Assembly: GCA_019058445.1 (NCBI GenBank)
Contig: JAHPZA010000003.1
Coordinates: 96,001 to 160,000, forward strand
Direction: 5' to 3'
Origin: Promethearchaeota archaeon
GTDB taxonomy: Archaea; Asgardarchaeota; Lokiarchaeia; Sigyniarchaeales; SOKP01
DNA: 64,000 bases
Both the position numbers and the translations under genes were made by a program. This document shows positions 9,689-19,888 of the stretch, piece after piece. The notes below the pieces were generated by a model that had not been told where the DNA came from, searched no databases, and worked only from the letters and a program-made list of their open reading frames with translations. The stretch's first letter is position 1, and each line of letters begins with the position of its first letter.

Positions 9689-10252
9689 TTGAATTTTGAT
9701 TTCAAAAAAGAGTATAATGGAATTGTATCCATCATCGGGGCTAGTGAGATAGATAAAAAGACTGAAGAATTGGCGATCGAAGTTGGAAGATTACTTGCCA
9801 AAAATAAGTATGCAATTTCATGTGGTGGGCTTACAGGTGTAATGGAAGCTGTGTGTAAAGGAGCTAAAGAAGAAGAAAATGGATTAACCATAGGTATTAT
9901 TCCATATAAAGAAAAAAATGCAGCAAATAAATATGTTGATATAGTAATTCCTGTGCCTTTCTCACAAGCAAGAAATATTGTAGTAGTACTTAGTGGTGAT
10001 GCTTGTATAGCAATAGCAGGTAAAGCAGGTACTCTATCTGAGATATGTTTTGCGTGGATATATCAAAAACCTATTGTTGCAATATCAAGTGTGAATGGGT
10101 GGTCCTCAAAACTAGCAAATCAAAAATTAGATGATAGACGATTTGATATGATTTACGGAGCAAAAACTCCTAAAGAGGCCGTTGATAAAATTATTCAACT
10201 TCTAAAAAGTAAAAATAAGCCAAAATCAATCAGTTCAGAAGAAGAAATATAA
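9689..10252 (+). CDS. LOG/SLOG-family Rossmann-fold protein (TIGR00725-like)
   Basis: CGGLTGVMEAVCKGA, ARN and GKAGTLSEI motifs. Confidence 0.88.
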   Translation: MNFDFKKEYNGIVSIIGASEIDKKTEELAIEVGRLLAKNKYAISCGGLTGVMEAVCKGAKEEENGLTIGIIPYKEKNAANKYVDIVIPVPFSQARNIVVVLSGDACIAIAGKAGTLSEICFAWIYQKPIVAISSVNGWSSKLANQKLDDRRFDMIYGAKTPKEAVDKIIQLLKSKNKPKSISSEEEI

Positions 10253-10304
10253 TTCTAAATAGATCTAAATCAAAAAAAGTCAGAAGTATTTATAAAATAG
10301 AAAA

Positions 10305-11657
10305 ATGAGTGGAGATAGTAAATTATCACATATTAAGGGATTTTTTATTTTACACCAATATTGGTTAATACGCTATTTTAATATTCTCTTTATTTCTATA
10401 ATTTTGGGTGTAGTGTGTGGGTTTTCAATGGTTCTTTTTAATTATATGTTAATATATTTTAAATCAAACATGAGCACATTTTTACCCTATTTCATCTCTC
10501 CCTTAATTGCTGGATTACTCACAAGTCTATTAGTGAAATACGGACATGCTAATAGAGTAATGGGAACAGGTGCCGATGCTTATGTTGAAGATATAAATAG
10601 ACCAGATGAGGAATATCTTGAACAATCTAAGATGGGACTTCGTAGAAAGCAAAATTTATTTAGTAAAACGTTAGCTACAGGATGGACATATGGCTCTGGA
10701 ATGGTGTGTGGTTTAGAAGGACCAGGGCTCCTTATTGGAGGAAATTTAGGATATATTTTTTCTCGGGCAGAGAAATTTCACATAGATCGTTTAGATGCGT
10801 TTTTTATAGGAGCGAGTGCATGTACTGGTGCAATACTCAAAGCTCCAATTAGCGGAGCGCTGTTTTGTGCAGAATTGCCTTACTTTAATCATATCAGATA
10901 CAAATCTTTAATCCCCAGCATCATTGCTTCAACCGTAGCCTACTTCATTTTCTGTAGTTTTTTTGAATTCACTCCACTAATTAAAATTGATACATTATCA
11001 GTTAGACCTGATCAAGTCAATTACTTATACTTATTACCTCTTTTGGTTTTTTTTGGGATTGTTTCTGGATTACTTGTATTACTCTTAATGAGTTTATTGA
11101 GAGCATTTACAAATAAATTAAAAGAGTTATTTGAAACCAAACCCGGATTATGGATATTACCATTTTTAGGTGCTGCTGGATATAGCTTATTCCTCTTGAT
11201 TGTAATTCCATTTTTACCAGAGAATTATAGAAATTTACTTATTGGCCCTGATGCTTCTTTTTTAAATTATTTAATTAGAGTGTTTAACGCCTCTACAATC
11301 AGTTGGGAGTTCCTTTTTATATTAGCAATATTATTTACCATAGCCATCTTTTTATCAATAGGTACGATGAATAGCGCAGGAATTATAATGCCCCTTATGA
11401 TTTTTGGAGCTATTATAGGGGGACTCTTTGGAGTGTTGTTTTACCCCCAAAATCCAGAATTATTTGTATTATTAGGGATTTCAGCATTCCTAGGAGCTGC
11501 GTTAAATAGCCCCATAGCAGCAATTTTTATCATAATTGAATTAACATGGATACCTTTTTTGCTGATTCCTGCAAGTATTACAACTTTAATTGCATATATT
11601 TTTAGTGGCCCAAGCTCTATAATTCCAGGTCAAAAAAATGTTATAGAAAAGAAATAA
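10305..11657 (+). CDS. ClC chloride channel/antiporter family protein
   Basis: GTG, GLEGP and KAPISGALFCAE motifs; multiple TM helices. Confidence 0.9.
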   Translation: MSGDSKLSHIKGFFILHQYWLIRYFNILFISIILGVVCGFSMVLFNYMLIYFKSNMSTFLPYFISPLIAGLLTSLLVKYGHANRVMGTGADAYVEDINRPDEEYLEQSKMGLRRKQNLFSKTLATGWTYGSGMVCGLEGPGLLIGGNLGYIFSRAEKFHIDRLDAFFIGASACTGAILKAPISGALFCAELPYFNHIRYKSLIPSIIASTVAYFIFCSFFEFTPLIKIDTLSVRPDQVNYLYLLPLLVFFGIVSGLLVLLLMSLLRAFTNKLKELFETKPGLWILPFLGAAGYSLFLLIVIPFLPENYRNLLIGPDASFLNYLIRVFNASTISWEFLFILAILFTIAIFLSIGTMNSAGIIMPLMIFGAIIGGLFGVLFYPQNPELFVLLGISAFLGAALNSPIAAIFIIIELTWIPFLLIPASITTLIAYIFSGPSSIIPGQKNVIEKK

Positions 11658-11739
11658 ATGAAAGAATATATTAATTATTGCTAATTACTTCAGTAAATTT
11701 TTATTAGATTGTAGTTTTTACGTTAATAGTGAATAAGAT

Positions 11740-13098
11740 ATGGAAATTAAATTTCATTCGACTAATTATAATACGCCTGATGTAGATTTCAAGACAGCTA
11801 TCATTAGAGGACAAGCTTTAGATAAAGGTCTATATATGTTAAATGAAATCCCTAAATTGGAAAGCACACAAATTTTTTCATTTAAAGATTTAGAATTATT
11901 TGAAATTGGGAATATTGTACTGTCTAAAATTATTGGGAAAATAATACCGGAACAAAATCTTAAAGAAATTTTAGGTACTGCTTTAAACTTTAAGGTTCCC
12001 ATCGAAAAGATTTCCAATAATGATTATATTTGTTATTTAGATAAAGGTCCTACATGTAGTTTTAAGGATTTTGGTGCAAGGACATTAGCTCGGATGATGG
12101 AATATTTTCTTGAAAGTGAAGATAAAAATGCGGTAATTTTAACAGCAACTTCAGGAGATACTGGAGGGGCGGTTGCTCAAGCCTTTTATAAAATGAGGAG
12201 AATTAAAGTTGTTGTATTATATCCGAAAGATGAAATAAGCGATTTACAGAGAAAACAAATGACTACCCTTGGTCAAAATGTGACAGCCATAGGGATAAAT
12301 GGGAAATTTGATGATTGCCAAAGACTCGTAAAAACCGCATTCGCGGATTCTGATCTTAAACATATCAATCTTTCTTCAGCAAATTCCATAAATTTTGGAC
12401 GTCTCATGCCCCAAACTTTATATTATTTTTGGAGTTATTCCAGGGTTGTAGAAAATAAGGGTGAAAAAGTTATTTTTTCTGTACCTTCTGGAAATTTCGG
12501 GAATCTTATGGGAGGATTAATTGCATTTAGAATGGGTTTACCTGTAAGAAAGTTTATATCAGCTGTAAATGAGAACGATGAATTTCCGAATTATTTGGAA
12601 ACTGGAATTTATAAAAAAGTAGAACCCTCTAAGAAATGCATATCCAACGCTATGAATGTGGGGCATCCCTCAAATCTAGCTAGATTAATCGATTTATACA
12701 GAGGTCAGATCGATGAACTTGGGATTGTTCATAAAGACCCGGATTTGAACAAAATCCACCAAGAAATTGTTTCCTATTCAATTGATGATAATTTAACAAA
12801 AAAGACAATTGCAGATTTTTATCAGAAATATAAAAAAATAATAGAACCTCACGGAGCTGTTGGTTGGGCAGCATTGCAAAAATATAGAGAAATTTATCCT
12901 GAAAATAACAATTTTAAGGCAATTAATTTAGAAACAGCAGATCCAGCAAAATTCCCTGAAGAGATTATCTCGTTGATTAATATAACACCTAAAATACCCA
13001 ATTCATTAGAAATTATTCAAAATAAGGAAGAATTTCCAAATCAAGTAGAAGTTAATGAGTATAGGGATTTTAAAAAGTTCTTAAGAGAGAATTTTTAA
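11740..13098 (+). CDS. thrC: Threonine synthase
   Basis: GPTCSFKDFG (PLP Lys), ATSGDTG, NSINFGR, VPSGNFGN and TADPAKF motifs. Confidence 0.95.
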   Translation: MEIKFHSTNYNTPDVDFKTAIIRGQALDKGLYMLNEIPKLESTQIFSFKDLELFEIGNIVLSKIIGKIIPEQNLKEILGTALNFKVPIEKISNNDYICYLDKGPTCSFKDFGARTLARMMEYFLESEDKNAVILTATSGDTGGAVAQAFYKMRRIKVVVLYPKDEISDLQRKQMTTLGQNVTAIGINGKFDDCQRLVKTAFADSDLKHINLSSANSINFGRLMPQTLYYFWSYSRVVENKGEKVIFSVPSGNFGNLMGGLIAFRMGLPVRKFISAVNENDEFPNYLETGIYKKVEPSKKCISNAMNVGHPSNLARLIDLYRGQIDELGIVHKDPDLNKIHQEIVSYSIDDNLTKKTIADFYQKYKKIIEPHGAVGWAALQKYREIYPENNNFKAINLETADPAKFPEEIISLINITPKIPNSLEIIQNKEEFPNQVEVNEYRDFKKFLRENF

Positions 13099-13212
13099 AT
13101 AAAAAATATTTTTTGCCTATTTTACTATCTGCTTTTTGAATACTTTAAAGTTAAATTTGATAAATTGATTACTAATATATTAGAGTAATTCGCAGAAATT
13201 AGGGGAAATATT

Positions 13213-15747
13213 TTGAATATTATAGTATTGAGCTATTTTGATCATATTTTTGGTCCAAAAATATTTATGAAAACACCAAAATCATTTGATGATGAGGAAA
13301 TTAATCAAATTCCTGTACTCATTGATATGTATGAAGAAGGATTTTTTATTCACATATTTGGGGGATTTAAAAGTGCTAATTATTTTTTTGAAATAAATAG
13401 TCCTATTGCGCGTGGCGGTACTGAAAGATTACTTCTATCGATCTTAACAACAGAAGGAGAACTCAATCAAGAATTGTTAAAAGAATTATTAGAAAGATTT
13501 ATTAATGAAATACAGCAAATTCCAGACATTTATAGTGCATTTTATTCCACTAAAAACTCAGAAAATAAAGCTCAAGCGAAATATACCCAGTTAGATAATC
13601 TCATGAATACATTCTATGAGCATCTACCAAAAGATGTGGCTATCATTAAACGTCGTAAAGCGAAAATTTTTATATTCGGACCCTCTAAAGCAGGAAAAAC
13701 AACGATAATAAACTGTCTTCGAAACGAATTCGATAAAACCACACTACCTACAACTAGTATGAGCATCTCAAAATTACTTATTGGAAGTCTTGAATTTTTA
13801 ACTTATGATGTTCCTGGACAAACTAAATTTCAAAAATTGTGGCTCCCCTACTTAAAAAATCAAGATGGATTGGTGTTTGTTTTTGATATCACTGATAAAG
13901 AAAGATATGAAGAGGCAAAAGAAATGTTGCATCGAGTAGTCACTATGCCTCAAACAAAAAATTTACCATTACTCATCCTATTCAATAAAGTAGATTTAGG
14001 TACTCCTGATGTCTTATCTATTGAGAAAGCAGTCGGTATTCCTGAATTAGGAAAACGACATTTCAAATGTTTTCTCACAAGTGGTTTAATTAATGAAGGT
14101 GTGGCAGAAGCATTTGATTGGTTTGCTGAAACTATCGTAAATCGATTAATGCCTTCACGATTTACTGAAGTAAATTGCATATTTGCGAAATGGGATGAAG
14201 ATGAGGGGCCCCAGATAATTTCAGAATATCCTGCACATTCTTTTGAGGATGCTGAGAACGTTGCAATAGAGAGTTTTTCTTTATCTCAATTCGTATTTGG
14301 GGGAAAGGAATTCAAAAAAACCTCCTTTATTATGCCGTTTGTTCATTTGAATTCGAGGGCATCAATGCTGTTTGATTATATTCCCGATGAAAATGTTCGA
14401 GGAGGTAGATTACCACTTCTATTAGCTATTTTTTTCAATAATACAATTCCTATGCCTATCATTGAGCAATTTAATGTTTTTATTTTTGAGAAGTTTTCAT
14501 TGATTAAAAATAACTGGTCCCATATTCAAATTGTAGAAGAAAACCTTGAAGAAATAAGAAATGAAATTATAGAAAAATTAAAGAAAATTAAACCAACAGT
14601 TCATGCGATTAGAGTTGCTGAACGACGGTATGAATCACTCTTTAAAACAGCACGAGATGGAATCATAATTATTGATAGAAGACTCGGTATCATTGTTGAT
14701 GCTAATGAACAAGCAGAAATGATGTTAAAAAGTACAAAAGAAGATCTTATTGGGGCAAATATAAGTCAAATTCAGTCTGCTGATGAAAATATTGGGCTAA
14801 TGGATAGAATTCAGGAACAGCTTAACACTCTAAATAGTCCTCCTTTTATTTACTGGATTAAAGATATAGATTTAAAGTTTATTCCTGTAGAAATAAATGC
14901 TAGCCAGATTCAAATTGGTGGACAACATTTAATTCAATGCACTTTTAGAGATATAACAAATCGATTGAAAGCAGAAGAAGCACTAAAAGCAAGTGAAGAA
15001 CGACACAGAAGAATCGTCGAATTGAATCCTTTTCCCATCATTATTTTTTCCAAAGGAAACGTAGAATATGTGAATCCGATGTTTATCGAACTTTTTGGCT
15101 ATTCATTAGAAGATATTCCTACGGGAAGAGAATGGTCCCGTAAGGCTTATCCAAATCCAGAGTATAGACATAAGGTGATTGCTGCGTTTAAAAATTATGA
15201 GGAACACCCTTATGACCCGAACCTTGGAATTGATCCCTATACTTTTGATGTAACCTGTAAGGACGGAACTATACGTAGAATCATATTTAACCCTGTATAT
15301 ATCGATAAAGACAAGCAATTTTTCATTTGTGAGGATATCACTGAACGCATTACAGCACAGAAGGCTCAAAAGGAGAGCGAGGAAAAACATAGGCGTATTG
15401 TTGAATTGAATCCATTTCCCATCATTATTTTCTCCAAAGGAAACATAGAATATGTGAATCCGAAGTTCATCGAACTTTTTGGCTATTCATTAGAAAATAT
15501 ATCAACGGGAAGAGAATGGTCCCGTAAGGCTTATCCAGATCCAGAGTATAGACATAAAGTAATCGCCGCTTTTAAAAATTATGAGGAAAATCCTTATGAT
15601 CCAAGCCTAGGTGTTGATCCATATACTTTTAAAGTTACCTGCAAGAACGGTTCTATACGTAAAATCATTTTTAATCCTGTAAATATCGATAAAGATAAGC
15701 AATTTTTCATTTGTGAAGATATCACTGAGCGAATGAAGAGCATTTAA
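13213..15747 (+). CDS. uDENN/longin - Arf-like GTPase - uDENN/longin - 3x PAS fusion protein
   Basis: YFDHIFGPK (longin 1), GPSKAGKTT / DVPGQ / NKVD (GTPase), KWDEDEGPQ (longin 2), then three PAS/PAC units ending RDIT/EDIT; no kinase domain. Confidence 0.8.
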   Translation: MNIIVLSYFDHIFGPKIFMKTPKSFDDEEINQIPVLIDMYEEGFFIHIFGGFKSANYFFEINSPIARGGTERLLLSILTTEGELNQELLKELLERFINEIQQIPDIYSAFYSTKNSENKAQAKYTQLDNLMNTFYEHLPKDVAIIKRRKAKIFIFGPSKAGKTTIINCLRNEFDKTTLPTTSMSISKLLIGSLEFLTYDVPGQTKFQKLWLPYLKNQDGLVFVFDITDKERYEEAKEMLHRVVTMPQTKNLPLLILFNKVDLGTPDVLSIEKAVGIPELGKRHFKCFLTSGLINEGVAEAFDWFAETIVNRLMPSRFTEVNCIFAKWDEDEGPQIISEYPAHSFEDAENVAIESFSLSQFVFGGKEFKKTSFIMPFVHLNSRASMLFDYIPDENVRGGRLPLLLAIFFNNTIPMPIIEQFNVFIFEKFSLIKNNWSHIQIVEENLEEIRNEIIEKLKKIKPTVHAIRVAERRYESLFKTARDGIIIIDRRLGIIVDANEQAEMMLKSTKEDLIGANISQIQSADENIGLMDRIQEQLNTLNSPPFIYWIKDIDLKFIPVEINASQIQIGGQHLIQCTFRDITNRLKAEEALKASEERHRRIVELNPFPIIIFSKGNVEYVNPMFIELFGYSLEDIPTGREWSRKAYPNPEYRHKVIAAFKNYEEHPYDPNLGIDPYTFDVTCKDGTIRRIIFNPVYIDKDKQFFICEDITERITAQKAQKESEEKHRRIVELNPFPIIIFSKGNIEYVNPKFIELFGYSLENISTGREWSRKAYPDPEYRHKVIAAFKNYEENPYDPSLGVDPYTFKVTCKNGSIRKIIFNPVNIDKDKQFFICEDITERMKSI
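14992..15732 (+). repeat. Intragenic tandem duplication of a PAS domain (14992-15348 and 15376-15732, 384-bp period)
   Basis: SEE.HRRIVELNPFP...FFICEDITER occurs twice; about 14 substitutions in 119 aa by manual comparison. Confidence 0.95.
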
Positions 15748-15902
15748 TTTTCATAATATTAAATGAGAGATTGGTAATATTAAAGGATAAATATCCTATT
15801 TACTAATTTTTTTATGATTTTTAAATTTTCATAAAATTATATATAAGAAACTATCTTATTGATCTCTTGAACTTTTTAGCAAACTTTTAGAGGTTAAGGA
15901 AG

Positions 15903-16850
15903 TTGGAGTATCTAAAAGAAGAGAAAATAATCTCAAAAAAGATTCTATTTACCGGATTGGATGATGCGGGGAAGACATCAATCATTCTCGCCCTTCAGAG
16001 AGAGTTTTCTAAAGTTGCCAATATTCAGCCAACAAGAGGGGCACAAAGACGGATATTTCAATTCTTAGGAAAGGAAATCAGTGAATGGGATCTAGGTGGG
16101 CAAACAACGTACAGAATCTCTTATTTAAAAAATCCAGACAAATTTTTTGAGGGAACAGAAATCGCAATATATGTTGTAGATATACAGAATCGCGAGAGAT
16201 TAGCTGAATCGTTAAGCTATTTAAATGATGTGATAGTTGAGTTTAAAAAATTACAAATTAATCCTCCGATTAATATCTTTTTCCATAAATATGACCCAAC
16301 TTTAATAAAAGCTACAAAAGATGAATTAGAAACCCTCATCTTAAATCTAAAAAAAAAGATTAATAACATAATTAACTATAATAAACTTTATTTCTTTGAG
16401 ACATCAGTCTATAGTTTACCATCTATTATGAATGCTATGTCTGAGATATTATTGGAATTATATCCAAAATCGAGGCTGCTCAAAAAGACCATAGAGGAGT
16501 TTGCCATAAAATTAAACTGTCAAGGAATAGTAGTTATTGATAAAAATTCTCTTATCATTGGTTCCTTTTTTAAAGATCATGAAACGGGTGAGATACTGAC
16601 CAGATCTATGCCGTATTTCTTAACGCTAAATGATAGTTTTCAGTTAGAAGGGGTTAGCCAAAAGAATCAAGACCAAATGGTGGTTCATAGATTTGGAAAA
16701 TACTTTTTATTTAAAGAAATTTTATTGAAAGAAAGTGGCGTTCCTTATTACATTCTCATAGTTAAAGGAGATAATCCTTGGGATCTTTATTTCAGTAGTA
16801 AAGATTTTCGAGCATTTATTCAGATGCTAAGAGATATAATTTATAAATAA
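15903..16850 (+). CDS. Rag-like small GTPase with C-terminal roadblock domain (copy 1)
   Basis: GLDDAGKTS, QPT, WDLGGQ, His-type G4 FHKYD and ETSVY..MSEILLELYP; C-terminal IVVIDKNSLIIG. Confidence 0.85.
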   Translation: MEYLKEEKIISKKILFTGLDDAGKTSIILALQREFSKVANIQPTRGAQRRIFQFLGKEISEWDLGGQTTYRISYLKNPDKFFEGTEIAIYVVDIQNRERLAESLSYLNDVIVEFKKLQINPPINIFFHKYDPTLIKATKDELETLILNLKKKINNIINYNKLYFFETSVYSLPSIMNAMSEILLELYPKSRLLKKTIEEFAIKLNCQGIVVIDKNSLIIGSFFKDHETGEILTRSMPYFLTLNDSFQLEGVSQKNQDQMVVHRFGKYFLFKEILLKESGVPYYILIVKGDNPWDLYFSSKDFRAFIQMLRDIIYK

Positions 16851-16993
16851 TCATTAGATCTGAAATAGGATTATTAATAATAATTAATAATCTTATGTGA
16901 TATGGATTATTCAAAAATAATTATAAAATACCATTGACTTTTAATTTTTAGAGTAATATTAATTATAGTGACATTAGACGGGATGAAATTTGC

Positions 16994-17932
16994 TTGGAAT
17001 ATTTAAGAGATGAAAAAGCAGAAACCAGTAAAATATTGTTTTCGGGTCTTGACGATGCGGGGAAGACTAGCATTATCTTAGCACTTCAAAGAGAATTTGC
17101 TAAAATTGCTAATATTGAACCTACAAAAGGTGCCCAGAGAAGGATGTTCGAATTTTTAGGTAAAAATATAAGCGAATGGGATCTTGGTGGTCAACAAACC
17201 TATAGAATTGCGTATTTGAAGAATCCAACAAAATATTTCACAGAGACGGAAGTTTTAATTTACGTAATTGATATTAAAAATAAACAAAGAATTCAAGAAT
17301 GCTTAAGTTATCTCCAAGATGTCGTAAATGAGTTTAGAAAGCTCGAAATAGAACCCCCTATATTCATTTTATTTCATAAATATGACCCTGCTTTAAGCAG
17401 AAGTATCTATGAACAAATAGATAAAACGGTGTTATATTTAAAAAATAAAATCCTTAGTATTCCAAATTATAATCAATTTTACTTCCGAAATACTTCAATA
17501 TATAATTTATCGACTATTATTAGTGCTATGTCGGAAGCATTATTAGCATTATATCCGAAAACAGATTTAGTTCAAAAAACAATTTATGAATTTGGTATTA
17601 AATCTAAGGCAGATGGAATAGCAGTAATAGATTCTAATTCATTAATTATAGGCTGGTTTTATAGGAATGAAGGTATGAAAGATATATTACTCGCATCTGC
17701 CCCTTATTTCTTAAGTTTAAATACTAGCTTCGATTATACAGAAGGCATGGAAGGTAATAATGAAAATAAAATGGTTATTCAAAGACATGGAAAATATTTT
17801 CTCTTCAGAAAATTTTCCCTAAACGAAGACCTAGAGCCATTTTATTTATTAATTTCAAAAGATACTCCTGAAATTAATAAGGATGATTTTAATGCTTTGA
17901 TAAACATTTTAACAGAGATTTTATATAAATAG
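16994..17932 (+). CDS. Rag-like small GTPase with C-terminal roadblock domain (copy 2, tandem paralog)
   Basis: Same motifs (GLDDAGKTS, WDLGGQ, FHKYD, NTSIY..MSEALLALYP); co-linear with the preceding gene. Confidence 0.85.
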   Translation: MEYLRDEKAETSKILFSGLDDAGKTSIILALQREFAKIANIEPTKGAQRRMFEFLGKNISEWDLGGQQTYRIAYLKNPTKYFTETEVLIYVIDIKNKQRIQECLSYLQDVVNEFRKLEIEPPIFILFHKYDPALSRSIYEQIDKTVLYLKNKILSIPNYNQFYFRNTSIYNLSTIISAMSEALLALYPKTDLVQKTIYEFGIKSKADGIAVIDSNSLIIGWFYRNEGMKDILLASAPYFLSLNTSFDYTEGMEGNNENKMVIQRHGKYFLFRKFSLNEDLEPFYLLISKDTPEINKDDFNALINILTEILYK

Positions 17933-18026
17933 CTCATCGGTTTTCATTCATAATTCATTATAACTAGATTAATAAAATTGAATTTCTTTATTTATAGTAT
18001 TAAGAAAAGGAATAAATCAGAATACT

Positions 18027-19118
18027 ATGATAATTTGTAGCAACTGTGGTGCTATTAATAGTGATGAAAACAGTAGATTTTGCAGAAAGTGCGGTGCCTT
18101 ACTACCTGTGATTGCTAAGCCTTCGAAAATTCGAATACCAGCCCCAGGTTCAATAAGGCAAGAGCAAAAAATTGAGACTCCTGCTGTTAAAAATACTAGC
18201 GAGAATAAGGCTAAAATTAAGAATTCTACCCAGAATATTCCTTATGTAAATAGACAAGCGGGATTCTTTACCCCAAAATTAAAAAAACAAGAAAAACCGA
18301 CTCAATTAGAATTGCAAGAAATCCCACAACCTCCAACACAACAAACTACTCCTAAACAATCTGAGATTCCCCCTAAAATTATTAACACAGAGAATCTTAA
18401 AAGTGATTTAACTCAAATTCCTATTAAGACTTCGGAGCCTATTGAAACTGGAAGAAAAGAATTACTTCGGGAAATTGCTCCAAAACCTTTCGATGGAACA
18501 ATAATGCCCTCTAAAACTATATATGGACCTCCAAAAAAAGAGATAGAAAAAAGCTTTAGCAAAAAAACGAAACCAACTGAGAAAAAAACAGACGATTCAT
18601 TTTTAAAACAAAAGCAGTTAGAAATAGATATGACAGACGTTTTAGCTGTTCTCTCAAAAAAGTTATCTATTTCAAGGGAAGAAAACTCCAAACTAAAACC
18701 TTCCAAAACTCAAGAGGTGGAAAAGGAGATTGTCCCCGCAAGTATGAGTGAGATTTTAACCCAGCTTTTAAATTTAGATAAGTTTATTGAAGCATCCGCA
18801 CTAATAAAAGCAGATGGGACAATACTTGCTTCGGCATTATCGAATAGGATTTCTGACTCTTTATTTTTAACCATTGGTCAGAATCTTACTATGATTGGAA
18901 CTGACATTATAGGAGGCCTAAGTGCTGGAAAACTAAGATCAATATCTATACGAGGTACTGAAGGAGTCTTTGATCTAGCGCCTATCGATAAAAAAATTCC
19001 AGAGTTGTCCGATATGATCCTTATGATCTTCAGTCATCCCAGAGTGAAACCGGGTATTATATCTTTTGCAGTAAATTTGGTTAAGAAACAAATTAAAGAG
19101 TATCTTGGAATTAAATAA
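18027..19118 (+). CDS. Zinc-ribbon + long P/K/E/Q-rich linker + C-terminal roadblock/LC7 domain protein
   Basis: N-terminal CSNCG..FCRKCG; C-terminal IEASALIKADGTILAS..SISIRGTEG..KPGII. Confidence 0.8.
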   Translation: MIICSNCGAINSDENSRFCRKCGALLPVIAKPSKIRIPAPGSIRQEQKIETPAVKNTSENKAKIKNSTQNIPYVNRQAGFFTPKLKKQEKPTQLELQEIPQPPTQQTTPKQSEIPPKIINTENLKSDLTQIPIKTSEPIETGRKELLREIAPKPFDGTIMPSKTIYGPPKKEIEKSFSKKTKPTEKKTDDSFLKQKQLEIDMTDVLAVLSKKLSISREENSKLKPSKTQEVEKEIVPASMSEILTQLLNLDKFIEASALIKADGTILASALSNRISDSLFLTIGQNLTMIGTDIIGGLSAGKLRSISIRGTEGVFDLAPIDKKIPELSDMILMIFSHPRVKPGIISFAVNLVKKQIKEYLGIK

Positions 19119-19219
19119 CATTTTTAACTATTAGTTTTAATTGAATTGTTTACTTTTTTTAATAATTAAAACCGATTATTATTATTGGATATAATTTGAT
19201 ACATAAAAATGGACATAAT

Positions 19220-19870
19220 ATGAGTATTCCAGATTTTATAAAAAATGAAACTACCGGATTATATAAGCATGAAAAAAGCTTTGACTCAATTCTCGGAAAG
19301 GAAAGAATAACAATATTCGTTCCTGAAAGGTTCAAAGTAAATGATTCATACTGGAACCAGTTCATACCAGATAATAAACTTCGACCAGCCTCTATTACTA
19401 AGGGAGAAAGAGAATATAAATATGTGGGTAAGGAGATTATTCACATCTCTTATGATTTAGAACCTAAGATCGAACAACGCCCTGATATTAGGAAAGTGTC
19501 TACTTGTCCCCACCCTAATTGTGTTTATTGCCTTCAAATCAAGAAATTAAAAACCCATTTTGAAAATGGAATTTATAGAACGATTAATGTTGGAGATTAT
19601 TTCTCATTTTCCGCAAACGCTAATCTAATCCAAGCTACGCTTTGGGTTGAACAAGGTAAAGCTCAAATTCATGCTTACGAGGGAAATAGAGTGTTTATGA
19701 AATCAGAGATTATAGATAAACATAATCCCGCGAGTGTTTCTTCATTTGGAAGGAGAACTTTGAGAACAATAAAGATTTACTCAATTCCAGATGAATCTGA
19801 ATTAGAAACGGATAATTTTACTCGGCTATGGGTCCATCTTAATCGCTATAATATTGAAAGTTGGCCCTAA
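19220..19870 (+). CDS. Hypothetical protein with CPHPNCVYC metal-binding motif
   Basis: Long ORF co-oriented with the cluster; no family recognised; ATG at 19220. Confidence 0.6.
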   Translation: MSIPDFIKNETTGLYKHEKSFDSILGKERITIFVPERFKVNDSYWNQFIPDNKLRPASITKGEREYKYVGKEIIHISYDLEPKIEQRPDIRKVSTCPHPNCVYCLQIKKLKTHFENGIYRTINVGDYFSFSANANLIQATLWVEQGKAQIHAYEGNRVFMKSEIIDKHNPASVSSFGRRTLRTIKIYSIPDESELETDNFTRLWVHLNRYNIESWP

Positions 19871-19888
19871 AAACAGTTATGAAACGAT

